IMG/VR virus record: IMGVR_UViG_3300025101_000019 | Coordinates: 64,001-128,000 of that record | Source of the DNA: a virus | DNA: 64,000 nucleotides | Strand: one strand, 5' to 3' | Shown: piece after piece, positions 45,864 through 56,392 of the stretch | Position numbering within the stretch: position 1 is the stretch's first letter | Layout: each line of letters opens with the position of its first letter | The notes under the pieces: model-generated | Database searches by the model: none | Seen by the model: only the letters and a program-made list of their open reading frames with translations | Told to the model about the DNA's origin: nothing | Position numbers and translations under genes: made by a program

Positions 45864-46745
45864 CTACAAATCCACTAACATATCTAACAATTCCGCCTGT
45901 GGGAACATATCAAACTTATCCTTACGAGTGTTTGTATGTGTCCACATACCTTTTACTCGTCCATAATATGCATCTTCATTGAACTCAAATCCGTCAGCAC
46001 CTTTTGCTTTTACCTCTTCTACAAGACCTTTTCTTACATCAATACTATCTCTTTCTGCAATCCACAAAATCCACAATCTTAATGCTTCAATTTGTTTATC
46101 AGAATATCTGTGCCAATGTTTAAATCCTCTGAATGGTTTGTCCAATGTAACGATTTGTGATTCATGTGCAGTTGTTCCTGCATATGTTTTTCCGTCTTTA
46201 AGATATCCAAAGTTATTTACTTCGATACCAACCGAATGTGTATGCATATGTTGTGAACCATTCTTTCCTAAATGCCATCCATAATGACCCTCAGGAAACG
46301 CCTGAACCATTACTCCATCATATGTTTCATCATTACCTTTGATTGATTGACCACCTAATACAAACTCAGTTGCGACTGCTCCTCTACTATCTCTACCCCA
46401 ATGGTCAACAGTTCTGTATGGATTCTGCCATCCTGCGGTGTGATGTAAGAAACAATATTCTTTTTTTGTGATTCCACTTTTGTATTCACCAACTGGAAGA
46501 TAGTGTCTATTGACCACTAATCCGTTTTCTGTTGTGAATGTCTTTTCAGTATCATCAGTAGTAGCAAGACCCATAGTATCCCAAGTGGAAGGACCAACAA
46601 TCCCATCAGCAACCAAACCATTGGCTTTTTGAAATTCTTGAACTGCTTTCTTAGTTCCCTCACCGAATATACCATCCGCTCCTATATTTAAAAATTCTTG
46701 TAAATCTTTTACTTCTTGTCCTCTTGAACCTACTCTAAGTAACAT
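45864..46745 (-). CDS. endolysin: PG-binding domain plus N-acetylmuramoyl-L-alanine amidase
   Basis: DGIFGEGT...FQKANGLVADGIVGP; LHHTAG, WH, SVGIEV, TH...D. Confidence 0.88.
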   Translation of the reverse strand: MLLRVGSRGQEVKDLQEFLNIGADGIFGEGTKKAVQEFQKANGLVADGIVGPSTWDTMGLATTDDTEKTFTTENGLVVNRHYLPVGEYKSGITKKEYCFLHHTAGWQNPYRTVDHWGRDSRGAVATEFVLGGQSIKGNDETYDGVMVQAFPEGHYGWHLGKNGSQHMHTHSVGIEVNNFGYLKDGKTYAGTTAHESQIVTLDKPFRGFKHWHRYSDKQIEALRLWILWIAERDSIDVRKGLVEEVKAKGADGFEFNEDAYYGRVKGMWTHTNTRKDKFDMFPQAELLDMLVDL

Positions 46746-46754
46746 TTTGACCCC

Positions 46755-47069
46755 TTATTTTTTTCTACCAGCACAATGTGCTTTTTGACTAAACCCCTTC
46801 GGATTATTACAGTCAATTGATTTTTTATAGTCGGAAGACCATTTCTCATCAATCTTTTTGATAAGTTCTTCCAATCTCTTCTCTAAAGTTTCTTTTTTAG
46901 AGGGAAGACCTTTATGTTTAGTTGCAGCATACTTTTTAACATCAGACTTCTTCATTTTCTTTGCAACTTTTTGTGCATCTTTAGAAAAATCTGAAGCTTT
47001 TGCATCACCTTTTTGTATTGCTCTAACAATACCCATGAATTTCTGTTGTTGTTTACTTACTGCGGGCAT
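46755..47069 (-). CDS. hypothetical phage protein (DUF3008-like N-terminus)
   Basis: MPAVSKQQQKFMG...HKGLP; CNNPKGFSQKAHC. Confidence 0.6.
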   Translation of the reverse strand: MPAVSKQQQKFMGIVRAIQKGDAKASDFSKDAQKVAKKMKKSDVKKYAATKHKGLPSKKETLEKRLEELIKKIDEKWSSDYKKSIDCNNPKGFSQKAHCAGRKK

Positions 47070-47137
47070 AAAAATCTCCTTACTAATAAGTATGTAAAAA
47101 TTTAAAAGGAATCATCCAATGAATATCAAAAGGGTCA

Positions 47138-47329
47138 CTAACCTCTGCTTCTTCCTTTTGTTCGTTGAGTGATATAAGAGTCACCTTTTCGCCCTCTACC
47201 AGACTTCCCCTGTGATTGCTGAAGGTCTCCCTCATCAATATCTTTTCTCCTATTTTTTCTTGTAATTTTTTCATATGTTTCAAAATATTCATCCTCGAAG
47301 TCTATACTTCGCACATCAATTTTACCCAT
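47138..47329 (-). CDS. hypothetical protein; overlapping ORF 47083-47292 is an alternative
   Basis: Start is coupled to the upstream gene end; two overlapping same-strand frames not resolved. Confidence 0.4.
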   Translation of the reverse strand: MGKIDVRSIDFEDEYFETYEKITRKNRRKDIDEGDLQQSQGKSGRGRKGDSYITQRTKGRSRG

Positions 47330-47567
47330 TTTTAATTATCCTTAAATTTTCTATTTTTTTGAGAAATTGTTCAACTGAATAGTCTTTGTTTTTTTCGTCT
47401 TTGATTTTTACTTCTGTAAGTGTATCAGGGTATTTGTTAACCAGCCTTTCAAGAATTTCGAAACCTTGGTCTGTCCAAAAATTCTTAAAGGATGTTTCAC
47501 CTAAGATGTTTGTAGAATAGTCTACATCATCCTCATTATCCTCTGGTAACAATATGTAGTATATCAT
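47322..47567 (-). CDS. hypothetical protein
   Basis: ORF in gene string. Confidence 0.55.
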   Translation of the reverse strand: MIYYILLPEDNEDDVDYSTNILGETSFKNFWTDQGFEILERLVNKYPDTLTEVKIKDEKNKDYSVEQFLKKIENLRIIKNG

Positions 47568-48748
47568 AGATTTATCAAACTTTTTTCGTAGTATTTTACT
47601 TTATTAACCTTTATATTAAATATGTCCAATTCGAACTCACCGCATTCAATTCCATTAGAATCGAAGATTTCTGACCACTTTTGTATGTAAGAATATGATG
47701 TATTTGATAGTCTATTTGCATCAAAACTTATTTCAATATCAGCTTCTTTTTGTACATTTATTCTTGTAGTTAAATCAAACTTAGTATTTGGTTGTTCCAA
47801 TTTTATATAACTCTCGATGACATCTTCGTCTATATCAATTGTTATTGAATCACACCAAGGTTCTAAAATGTTTAATATTTGAGAATTACCATTTTCTACA
47901 TTAAATTTAATATCATATTTATGTGGAACTTCTGGCATCATCATTGCGTCATGTTTTACAAAATGACCCCATTTTCTAATAAAATTCCTTGTTGACCTCA
48001 TATTTTGTTTCAACCATTCATCTGATTCTTTACCAACTTCAGTTAATGTTGGGTTGAATCTTGAACCTCTACAAGTCATATGATATACACACCCATCCCA
48101 AGTTTGAATCAAATCATATCCATTCAAGAGAAATCTATTGAATATGTCTGAATCTTCTTTGGATTGAGGTGCGTATAATGGGTCATGTCCACCAATTGAG
48201 GTGAAGTCTTCTTTGAATAAAAACCAAGGTGCAAATATACCTTTAGTAGTTTTTCCATGTTTATATCTTTCATCACCTGTATTAAACCATTCTAAGAATC
48301 CATCCTCATCAAAGTCCTCAGGTTCAGTTTTCCAATCCTTGAGTACTTTTTCAGGCCCATCTGGGTGAAGTGGTGGTTCAATTCGTGTCAATGAAACAAC
48401 ACTCAATGGTTTAATGTGTTCTAATACAGATTCTAATGCGCCAGGACAGAGATACATATCTGCGTGGTATATTCCTACAATCGGAGTATCTGCTATCTCT
48501 ACTAACTCATCATATAGGATTGTATGTCCTACTCTTGTTGGTCCTTCGTTTCTAATTGCCTTGAAGTTTGGGTCGTGTACCATCATATCCTCACACCATT
48601 CCCAAGTCCCATCGGAACTGAAATCATCTGCTACACATATTGTTGGTTCAGGACCTGCATTCTTTCTAATTGATTCGTAAGACCACTTGAGATACTTTAA
48701 ATTATCTCTTGATGGTTGAATAAAACTAATATCTTTTTTACTTAACAT
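47564..48748 (-). CDS. glycosyltransferase family 2
   Basis: DDFSSDGT, HADM, IGGHD, EDSD. Confidence 0.88.
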   Translation of the reverse strand: MLSKKDISFIQPSRDNLKYLKWSYESIRKNAGPEPTICVADDFSSDGTWEWCEDMMVHDPNFKAIRNEGPTRVGHTILYDELVEIADTPIVGIYHADMYLCPGALESVLEHIKPLSVVSLTRIEPPLHPDGPEKVLKDWKTEPEDFDEDGFLEWFNTGDERYKHGKTTKGIFAPWFLFKEDFTSIGGHDPLYAPQSKEDSDIFNRFLLNGYDLIQTWDGCVYHMTCRGSRFNPTLTEVGKESDEWLKQNMRSTRNFIRKWGHFVKHDAMMMPEVPHKYDIKFNVENGNSQILNILEPWCDSITIDIDEDVIESYIKLEQPNTKFDLTTRINVQKEADIEISFDANRLSNTSYSYIQKWSEIFDSNGIECGEFELDIFNIKVNKVKYYEKSLINL

Positions 48749-49601
48749 AACTTTTTACCTTTTTAATTAAATCATCGTATGATTCTGTATGATATATTTT
48801 TTGACCTGATAGTTTAGGGAAGAATGTTTCATATGCTTTATGTTTTACTTCATACCCCTTTACTCCATATATAATATTTTCACCACCGAAATATGCAGCC
48901 AATGCTGAATTACCACCTTGTGTTGATATTTGATGTTCGGTTAGACTTAAAACTGCCATCTGTGCTTCATTATATGATAGGTTGTATTCATTTGCGATAT
49001 CTTGTACTGTTTGTATATTATATTTACTTATCAGTTCTTTATCACCAAAATCAAGTGGTGGACTACCATCTTGTGTAATATCATCTACATCAGGTCTGTT
49101 ATAGATTATATGAAACTTATCAGAACATAATTCAAATATTGTTTTTAATGAGTCTAAATTAATATAATTTACAGGGTCAGAGTCCCACTCCGTTTGATAC
49201 TTATTTGATATTACTAATAAAGGTTTATCAAAATTTAATCCCATCCAATTGTAAACTCCCTTGTAGTGACCATTCAAATCAGGCGGTGACCATCTGTCTT
49301 CCCAAACATTACGATTCCCTGCATCTTTTGCATCAGGCCAAAGTTCGTTTATCTTTTTACCAAAAAATCCTGCAACATGATTGTGTTGTCTATAATAGGG
49401 TACATCGTTTATTTTCAGTTGCATATACTGAATTCTATTTGGATAGACTTCTGTCACATCTAAATTTGGATATAAGATATGACCACCCTTTGAAGTTCTT
49501 ACTTTTACATCAACCCCTTGTTCTTTTGCATAATTTATTAAAGGTAGTGCTGCAAATAGTTCGTAACCAAACTCACCATGTATATCAAAGGTTGTTGTCA
49601 T
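48738..49601 (-). CDS. putative glycosyltransferase
   Basis: GEFGYEL start, STQGG; position within the glycan cluster. Confidence 0.5.
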   Translation of the reverse strand: MTTTFDIHGEFGYELFAALPLINYAKEQGVDVKVRTSKGGHILYPNLDVTEVYPNRIQYMQLKINDVPYYRQHNHVAGFFGKKINELWPDAKDAGNRNVWEDRWSPPDLNGHYKGVYNWMGLNFDKPLLVISNKYQTEWDSDPVNYINLDSLKTIFELCSDKFHIIYNRPDVDDITQDGSPPLDFGDKELISKYNIQTVQDIANEYNLSYNEAQMAVLSLTEHQISTQGGNSALAAYFGGENIIYGVKGYEVKHKAYETFFPKLSGQKIYHTESYDDLIKKVKSYVK

Positions 49602-50488
49602 TAAAAATCAAATTTCAATTGTCTACTACTAAACAAAGATTTAATATACTCGTCTAATCTATCTTGAGGTTCCCAGTCAAGAAACTCGATTGCCTCATCT
49701 GATTCTCTTAGAGTTTCTTTGTAATTACCTTGTTGGTTTGGAATGTACTTTCTTTTACACCCACTATATTTTTCGAACATATCTGCCACTTGGTTAATTG
49801 AATAGTTTGTACCTGTTCCAAGTTCCCAAGCATCAAATGTTGGTTTAGTATCATGAGCATTTAACTTTAGTAATGCGTCTACTATATCGTGTACATGGGT
49901 AAAGTCTCTTTTTTGTTCACCATCACCGACAATTGTAATTGGTTGGTTATCTCTGATTTGTCTTCTCCAGATACCAATTACTGCTGCCCAATCACCATCA
50001 ATAACTTCATGTGGTCCATATACATTATAGAACCTACAAATCTCTATACTCATTCCGTAAGTCTTTTTGTATAACTTACATAATTCCTCACCAAGATATT
50101 TACAAGCTGCATATGGTGATTGATATGGGTCGTGGTGTTTAGAAGATGAACCTGCGTAAATAACTTTAATACCTTTTTTTCTTGCAAAGTCTAAAACCCT
50201 CTGAGTTCCTAAAGTATTAACATCAAATGTTTCTGATGGATTTTCAAATGAAGGTTGTATTCTTGACAATCCTGCCAAGTGATATATCAAGTCTATGTCC
50301 TCAGTAAATGAAAACCAACTACTAATCCACTTAACATCATCTTCGTAATATGTTGCACCCTTGACATGATTACTTTTTGTACCTGTTGAGTAATCATCAA
50401 GTACAACTACTTCATGTCCATTTGTAACTAATCTTTTAACTAAATTTGTACCAACAAAACCGGCACCTCCTGTAACTAATATTTTCAT
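49601..50488 (-). CDS. NAD-dependent epimerase/dehydratase
   Basis: TGGAGFVG, YAACK, RFYNVYGP, RDFTHV. Confidence 0.92.
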   Translation of the reverse strand: MKILVTGGAGFVGTNLVKRLVTNGHEVVVLDDYSTGTKSNHVKGATYYEDDVKWISSWFSFTEDIDLIYHLAGLSRIQPSFENPSETFDVNTLGTQRVLDFARKKGIKVIYAGSSSKHHDPYQSPYAACKYLGEELCKLYKKTYGMSIEICRFYNVYGPHEVIDGDWAAVIGIWRRQIRDNQPITIVGDGEQKRDFTHVHDIVDALLKLNAHDTKPTFDAWELGTGTNYSINQVADMFEKYSGCKRKYIPNQQGNYKETLRESDEAIEFLDWEPQDRLDEYIKSLFSSRQLKFDF

Positions 50489-51405
50489 AATAATGGTATT
50501 CTATTTGGATTATCTGTTCCTTTTATTTGTTTTACAAAAGTTTGGTCATCGTGTTCAGGCAATCTACCCCATTTTTTAATAAACTTTTGTGCATTTGTTG
50601 ATTCTGATTCTTGTTGTCTTTTAGATTTAGAATTCAGTTTATCCTTTGCTTCATCTCTGAAATGAGAACCTCTTGCTGAAAAGTGATATACAATTGACTT
50701 GGATGACATAATAAATTTATATCCTTCTAATTGCATTCTAATAAACAAATCCATGTCGTCAAATGAAGCGGGTGCGAATAGTGGGTCGTTACCACCAATC
50801 CAAACATAATCATCTTTTTTACAGAAGAATCCGGCACCACCACCTTTTCTTACACGAGTTTCATCCATTGCGGAAAGTTTTTGAGACCATTCATCAAACC
50901 AATCTTTATCGAAGTTGTGATGGAACTCCCCAAACTCATCAGTTGATACAAATACAGTACCAGGTCGGTAATCAGGGTCATTAGGAAATATTTTAGGTTG
51001 AATTCTAAATGATGAAGCGATTATTCTTTTACCTTGAATAGTCCACTCTGCATTCTCTTCTACGATTTTTTGTAACTCTATATCTTGATTTGGAGCAATC
51101 CACATATCTGAGTGAATTATATTTACATACTCTGTTTGTGCTTTGTCAACACAAAAATCCATACCACCGCCGATTCCTCTTGGTATATCATTATGTTCTA
51201 CAAACCCTTTTAGATTCTTGTCTGCTTGCATTTGATTCATTAACCACTCATCTGTACCATCAGTACAATTCTCTGCGTGAATCACAATCGGTTGGTCTTT
51301 GTAATATGCATTCTTTCTTACAGACTCGTAAGCAAGTTTTACATAGTCAAGATTATTATTTGTTGAAATACAAGTTGTTATTGGACTTTCCATACATCTT
51401 CCCAT
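50485..51405 (-). CDS. glycosyltransferase family 2
   Basis: CTDGT, HSDM, IGGND, DDMD. Confidence 0.85.
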   Translation of the reverse strand: MGRCMESPITTCISTNNNLDYVKLAYESVRKNAYYKDQPIVIHAENCTDGTDEWLMNQMQADKNLKGFVEHNDIPRGIGGGMDFCVDKAQTEYVNIIHSDMWIAPNQDIELQKIVEENAEWTIQGKRIIASSFRIQPKIFPNDPDYRPGTVFVSTDEFGEFHHNFDKDWFDEWSQKLSAMDETRVRKGGGAGFFCKKDDYVWIGGNDPLFAPASFDDMDLFIRMQLEGYKFIMSSKSIVYHFSARGSHFRDEAKDKLNSKSKRQQESESTNAQKFIKKWGRLPEHDDQTFVKQIKGTDNPNRIPLL

Positions 51406-52352
51406 TTATATGTTTTTGTTTGTTTCATAAAGTTGTAAGCATTATATTTAGAATACTCACTTGCTTTAGGATACCAATCATTTGACTTTCTTTGTTCGTT
51501 TATATCTTTACCATCCTCACTAACAACATATTTTCTTTTTCTTGGATGTTCTCTGTTATGTACTAATAAAATATTCTTTACAATATACAAAGGAATTTGG
51601 TTATTTCCAAATATTGTTAACATTTTATTCATAAAAGCAGTATCTTCGTGGGTAAAGAATACTGATTTTGGTATGTTTACTCCACTTTTTATTATCTCCG
51701 ATGACATTACCAACCCACAACCATTAAATTTATAGTTGTATGTAGATTCTATATGTGGTGATTCAACATCTGAGTTTATCTCTTCCATTTTATCATAATC
51801 CATATAACACCTCGTCCCATACCATGCGTGTGGGTCTCTTGGTAAATCGGTTAGTTTTGGGTGTTCTAATGGTTTCCACGAATCATCCCACATTTTACAA
51901 GTTGAAAAGAACCCAACCCACTTTGGTGTTTGTTCTTTAACTGCCTCGTGTAATGATAATATCGTTTCCATCGCTTGTGATGGAACTAACATATCGGATT
52001 CACCCCAAAACAAGATGTCTACAAGTTCACAATACTTTTCGTTAAAATCTCTTCTGTAATCTGCGATTGTATATAAATCATCTCTGACTTCGTATTTGAT
52101 TTGATAACCTTGTAGTTTATATTGATTACAAACTCTAACATACTTTTCCATAATGTATGTTAACATATCAACCTCATCAGAAACTTTTTCTAAGTCTTGA
52201 TTTGTGACTAAACACATATCAATCAAAACTTTTTCTTTTGTTACTATTGATTTAGTTAAGGAATCTAAATACTCCTCAAACATATCAACTTCGTACCATT
52301 GTACTAAACAACCTGCCGCTACCATAATGTATCTCTTGGAATCCCTTCCCAA
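51378..52352 (-). CDS. putative glycosyltransferase (GT-A fold)
   Basis: GESD, HEDT, LVH; cluster context. Confidence 0.55.
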   Translation of the reverse strand: MGRDSKRYIMVAAGCLVQWYEVDMFEEYLDSLTKSIVTKEKVLIDMCLVTNQDLEKVSDEVDMLTYIMEKYVRVCNQYKLQGYQIKYEVRDDLYTIADYRRDFNEKYCELVDILFWGESDMLVPSQAMETILSLHEAVKEQTPKWVGFFSTCKMWDDSWKPLEHPKLTDLPRDPHAWYGTRCYMDYDKMEEINSDVESPHIESTYNYKFNGCGLVMSSEIIKSGVNIPKSVFFTHEDTAFMNKMLTIFGNNQIPLYIVKNILLVHNREHPRKRKYVVSEDGKDINEQRKSNDWYPKASEYSKYNAYNFMKQTKTYKWEDVWKVQ

Positions 52353-53194
52353 CCAGGATTAGTTTCTGAATCGATTACCCACGAAACATTTTGTTTCTGT
52401 AACCATTGGTAGATACCTTTAGTTGCGTTTGCTACTGACTTGATTTCTCTTGGCCCCATTGATGTTTTTGCATAAACAATCTTTTCGTGTTCATTACCAT
52501 AGAAATGTTCTTGGAATACTCGTTGTGTATCGTCTTCTGTTCCATTTTCAAATGATGATAAATCACCAATGTCCCATCCAACTGTAACAATCTTTCTACA
52601 CCCTAAGTACAATGCCAATGGAATTGCCATCTCATACATAATACCAGGCCCCCAAGGTTGTTGAAATCCTATTTCGGGGTGGTCTAACTTCATAGTATCC
52701 CAATCTTCTTTTTCTGATAGAGAATGAATCATTTTGTTAGGACCAACTCCACCACCTGTATTTGGATTGTTTCTAAATATAGGAATGAATAGGTCTGATT
52801 CTAAATTATTATCAAAAATCATTTGAGGATGAAATTGTTCAAATATTGCCCATGTTATGATTGATTTATTATCTGACCAATCGTATGGTGCGAAGTTACA
52901 AAAGTTTAGTAAGTGAAAGTCAGTAACATCTTTTACTAAATTATATGATTGTTTGATTGGCATACATAATTTATCTGCCATAAACTCATTAAGGAATTCT
53001 TTATCATACTTTTTAAGTGAAGGACCACCTGCGATTATATATGCAGTCTCATTTTTGTACTGATTTTTTAATACCTTTAACCTATCTTCAGGTTCTTCTA
53101 ATTTTAGAAGTTCTTCTCGTAACTTACTTGTCTGTAATTTCATCGAATTGTTTAAGTGTTTGTTCCCACGATTCAAACCTAATACCTCTGTCAT
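52319..53194 (-). CDS. Maf/DUF115 (MptE-like) putative ulosonic-acid transferase
   Basis: AYIIAGGPSL and ALYLGCRKIVTVGWD motifs. Confidence 0.7.
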   Translation of the reverse strand: MTEVLGLNRGNKHLNNSMKLQTSKLREELLKLEEPEDRLKVLKNQYKNETAYIIAGGPSLKKYDKEFLNEFMADKLCMPIKQSYNLVKDVTDFHLLNFCNFAPYDWSDNKSIITWAIFEQFHPQMIFDNNLESDLFIPIFRNNPNTGGGVGPNKMIHSLSEKEDWDTMKLDHPEIGFQQPWGPGIMYEMAIPLALYLGCRKIVTVGWDIGDLSSFENGTEDDTQRVFQEHFYGNEHEKIVYAKTSMGPREIKSVANATKGIYQWLQKQNVSWVIDSETNPGWEGIPRDTLW

Positions 53195-53597
53195 CTATGT
53201 AACAGACTGCTCTTGGTTTTTCACAAGTTATTTCTTTTATATAAGTATCAATCTTATATTTGGTTAACCACTCCCATATTAGTTCTTCACCTGTCTTACC
53301 ATTTACAAGTGGTCTATCAGGTTTTACTTTAGCGGTAAATAAAACTATATCATATCCCTTTTCATCGAACCATTTGATTGCGTCTATTGAACCCTCAATC
53401 GGTGGGTCATACACAGTTCCATCATGAAACCCTTTTGAATTACCATGGACAACACCATCAAAGTCTATTGCAACTTGATGATTGTTTTCATGCCATTGTA
53501 GTGCATCGTAGTCTTCTATTTCTTTCTTAAGGGTGTCTTCTGTTTTCATAATTACTGAATACTGGTGTTGATTTATTTCTACTTGAATATGCCCCAT
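53124..53597 (-). CDS. HAD-superfamily phosphatase
   Basis: IDFDGV, FTA, EKP, YIDDR. Confidence 0.8.
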   Translation of the reverse strand: MGHIQVEINQHQYSVIMKTEDTLKKEIEDYDALQWHENNHQVAIDFDGVVHGNSKGFHDGTVYDPPIEGSIDAIKWFDEKGYDIVLFTAKVKPDRPLVNGKTGEELIWEWLTKYKIDTYIKEITCEKPRAVCYIDDRGIRFESWEQTLKQFDEITDK

Positions 53598-54264
53598 AAA
53601 TAAACTTTCTAAACTCCTTAGTCTCGTGTTGTTTACTTACAGAGTGTAATGAGTTTGGTGACGATAAAAAGAATACTGCTCTATTTGCTTTTGCTGGTAC
53701 AACTGAGTGAATAAGTACTTCCTCATCGTTGTATAACTTAGGTGCACCACCCCTTGGTTGTTGATAAGTTTCTACTCCATCGCTTGAATGTATTATAAAG
53801 TCACCACCACTCCAATCCTTATCATTAAAGAATATTAAGAAGTTCAGAAATCTCTTCTGAGAATCTGCGTGTACTTCTCTAACATAACCATCACCTGCCT
53901 CTGACCAATCTATATGAGTAAACATTTTTTGATTTGATAATGACTCATCTGTTAAAGTACATCCCCAATATTCCATAGAAGATTGGAATTTGTCTTTAAA
54001 GTAGTTTAGCATTTCATCTGAATCTATGTAATTGTGAAACTCATTCCATGTTGTTGTAGATTCTAACCACTTCCAAGTATCTGGTTGACTTGCACTATTT
54101 GCGATTTGTCTACGACCACCCATAACAGTATTTGCCTTTTCTTCTATGAGTTTACCTGGCCATTCCTTAACCAAATTATTAAAGATGTCTTGTTCAAAAC
54201 AATCATCAATGACTATATAGTCATATGGATAATTGTATACTCTTGCATTATTAAAGTTAATCAT
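53527..54264 (-). CDS. 2OG-Fe(II) oxygenase
   Basis: VHAD, NRAVFF, SLHSV, R. Confidence 0.75.
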   Translation of the reverse strand: MINFNNARVYNYPYDYIVIDDCFEQDIFNNLVKEWPGKLIEEKANTVMGGRRQIANSASQPDTWKWLESTTTWNEFHNYIDSDEMLNYFKDKFQSSMEYWGCTLTDESLSNQKMFTHIDWSEAGDGYVREVHADSQKRFLNFLIFFNDKDWSGGDFIIHSSDGVETYQQPRGGAPKLYNDEEVLIHSVVPAKANRAVFFLSSPNSLHSVSKQHETKEFRKFIYGAYSSRNKSTPVFSNYENRRHP

Positions 54265-54649
54265 ATTTCTCGTATATTTTCTCTTCGAAAAATTCTGAGT
54301 TTAACAAGTGATTAATTTCTTTCTTTTCTGCTGCCCTTCTATCATTAGTATAATATACTGCTCTTGCCAACTCAATAAACTCTTCATCAAATTTATTGTC
54401 TCGTTCTTTTAGTCTAACTGAGTCTTCGATGACCCACATTTCACCATTAGTTTTTAATAACCTTTGGTAAACTTCTTTAAGTTCATCACCACCTGCTTCC
54501 CAAAATGGTTTCAACTTATCTTGTAAATAATTTAGTTCATTTGTAATATTAGTTTTTTGAACTGAATCATTAACATTTTTTAATTTTATTTCAAGGATTG
54601 ATAACTTATCAAATGCGTCACCAATCGGTGTTTTAATTTCTATTGCCAT
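54257..54649 (-). CDS. DUF6165-like protein
   Basis: GDAFDKLSILEIK...WVIED...FIELARAVY.TND.R. Confidence 0.8.
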   Translation of the reverse strand: MAIEIKTPIGDAFDKLSILEIKLKNVNDSVQKTNITNELNYLQDKLKPFWEAGGDELKEVYQRLLKTNGEMWVIEDSVRLKERDNKFDEEFIELARAVYYTNDRRAAEKKEINHLLNSEFFEEKIYEKYD

Positions 54650-55571
54650 AGTTTTCTAACATTTTTTTAATACCATCTTCTAAATATACAAAATTTTTAT
54701 GAGATACACAACTTTTTAGTTTAGAAAGTGATGGTCGTCTCCATTTAGTATCGTTGCCCCATGCTTCTTTGTATTTCTTTTTATATTTTTTACCCATGAT
54801 TCTATGGATAGTTTTAGCTAAATCTTTGATTCTAACTTCTTCATCAAATCCAATGTTTATGATTTCGTTATCAACTTTTTCAATAATCTGAGATGCCATT
54901 TCTGCGTGGTCTGTTACATAACAAAAAGACCTTGTTTGATTACCATCACCATATAGATAAAACTCTTCGCCTGATTGTACTCTTTCTATAAATTCAGGTA
55001 TTACTTGACCATACCCATTTGTTGCCATTCTCGGGCCGTAAGTATTAAATGGTCTAAGAATCACAAAACTCTTTCTTTTCTCATTTGCCCACAACCTTGT
55101 CAAGAACTCACCCATACCTTTTGAGGATGCGTATGAATCTCTATCTGCCAATGGATGTAGAATCATTGCGTCATCTTCTTTCGTTGGTATCGATGGAGTT
55201 GGTCCATAAATTTCAGATGATGATGCGTATACTACTTTTGTTACTGAAGGTGTACATGCGTTCAATACATTCTGAGTCATTAAGATATTATTGTTACATA
55301 CTTTAAATGGTATATCATAAAAATACCTTGTACCATTTATTGCAGCGTAGTGAACAACTATTTCAAATTGTTGTTCTTCCATAAACTTTTTAATGGGGTC
55401 TTGATAAACCAAATCTAACTCTTTAAATGTAAAGTTTTCATGATTTGGTAAGTTACTCACTTTACCTCTAAAAAAGTTATCTACTCCAACAACCTCGTGA
55501 CCTTTATCTAATAAAGTATCACAAAGATGTGACCCCAAAAATCCTGCTGCACCTGTAACTAATATCTTCAT
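54633..55571 (-). CDS. NAD-dependent epimerase/dehydratase (UDP-glucuronate decarboxylase-like)
   Basis: TGAAGFLG, ASSSEIYG, YASSK, RPFNTYGPRM, QTRSFCYV. Confidence 0.9.
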   Translation of the reverse strand: MKILVTGAAGFLGSHLCDTLLDKGHEVVGVDNFFRGKVSNLPNHENFTFKELDLVYQDPIKKFMEEQQFEIVVHYAAINGTRYFYDIPFKVCNNNILMTQNVLNACTPSVTKVVYASSSEIYGPTPSIPTKEDDAMILHPLADRDSYASSKGMGEFLTRLWANEKRKSFVILRPFNTYGPRMATNGYGQVIPEFIERVQSGEEFYLYGDGNQTRSFCYVTDHAEMASQIIEKVDNEIINIGFDEEVRIKDLAKTIHRIMGKKYKKKYKEAWGNDTKWRRPSLSKLKSCVSHKNFVYLEDGIKKMLENYGNRN

Positions 55572-56392
55572 TATATTTCGTATCTCATTCCTTTAGGAAC
55601 TTTTTTAACAAATTTGTCGTTTTCTTCGTCAATGAATCTGAATATGTCTACATCAATATCGTATTTTTTACATAGAACTTTCATTGCCTTTGTGTCTTTA
55701 GGTAAACACATACCACCATAACCACCAAACTCTTTATTTACATTTAGATAGTGACCTTCACCAACTCCATGGAATAAAAATGCGTCTTTGATTGCATCAT
55801 AGTTTGCACCAAAATGTTGTGCTACTTTATGGAATGAGTTTGCAAATGTGATTCTCATCGCTTTGTAAGTGTTTGAGAAGTACTTCATAAGTTCGGCATC
55901 AATGATTTTGACTTTTACTTTGTGAAATGGTAGTGAACCATGACTCTTTACAATCAAATCATAGTTTTCATCACTATCAGTACCAACAACTAAAATGTTA
56001 TTGTTGTATACAAAGTCTTCGTATGCACATCTTTCTCTTAAGAATTCAGGCACAAAACACATATTAAGATTTGGATATTCTTTTCTTAATCTATTTGTTG
56101 TACCAGGTTCAATTGTACTTTTCAATGCTACAAGACCTTTATACTCCAAGTCATTTAATTGTTTTATTACACTATTAACTGCCGTTAAATCACATTCATC
56201 ATTTGCACCTGTTGGAGTACCAACGGTAATAAAGTTGATTTCTGTATCTAATGTATCTTCTATTGAAGTCTCAGGCATTTTGATATCGTAACCAACCACT
56301 TCGTGTCCGATGTATTCAAATCCTTTTGATATTGCAGAACCTACTGCTCCGATTCCGATTACTCCTAATTTCATTCCCATATGTAATTCCAT
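55571..56392 (-). CDS. UDP-glucose/GDP-mannose dehydrogenase family (lacks C-terminal UDP-binding domain)
   Basis: GIGAVG, VGTP, KST, PEFLRE, GYGGMCLPKD. Confidence 0.88.
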   Translation of the reverse strand: MELHMGMKLGVIGIGAVGSAISKGFEYIGHEVVGYDIKMPETSIEDTLDTEINFITVGTPTGANDECDLTAVNSVIKQLNDLEYKGLVALKSTIEPGTTNRLRKEYPNLNMCFVPEFLRERCAYEDFVYNNNILVVGTDSDENYDLIVKSHGSLPFHKVKVKIIDAELMKYFSNTYKAMRITFANSFHKVAQHFGANYDAIKDAFLFHGVGEGHYLNVNKEFGGYGGMCLPKDTKAMKVLCKKYDIDVDIFRFIDEENDKFVKKVPKGMRYEI

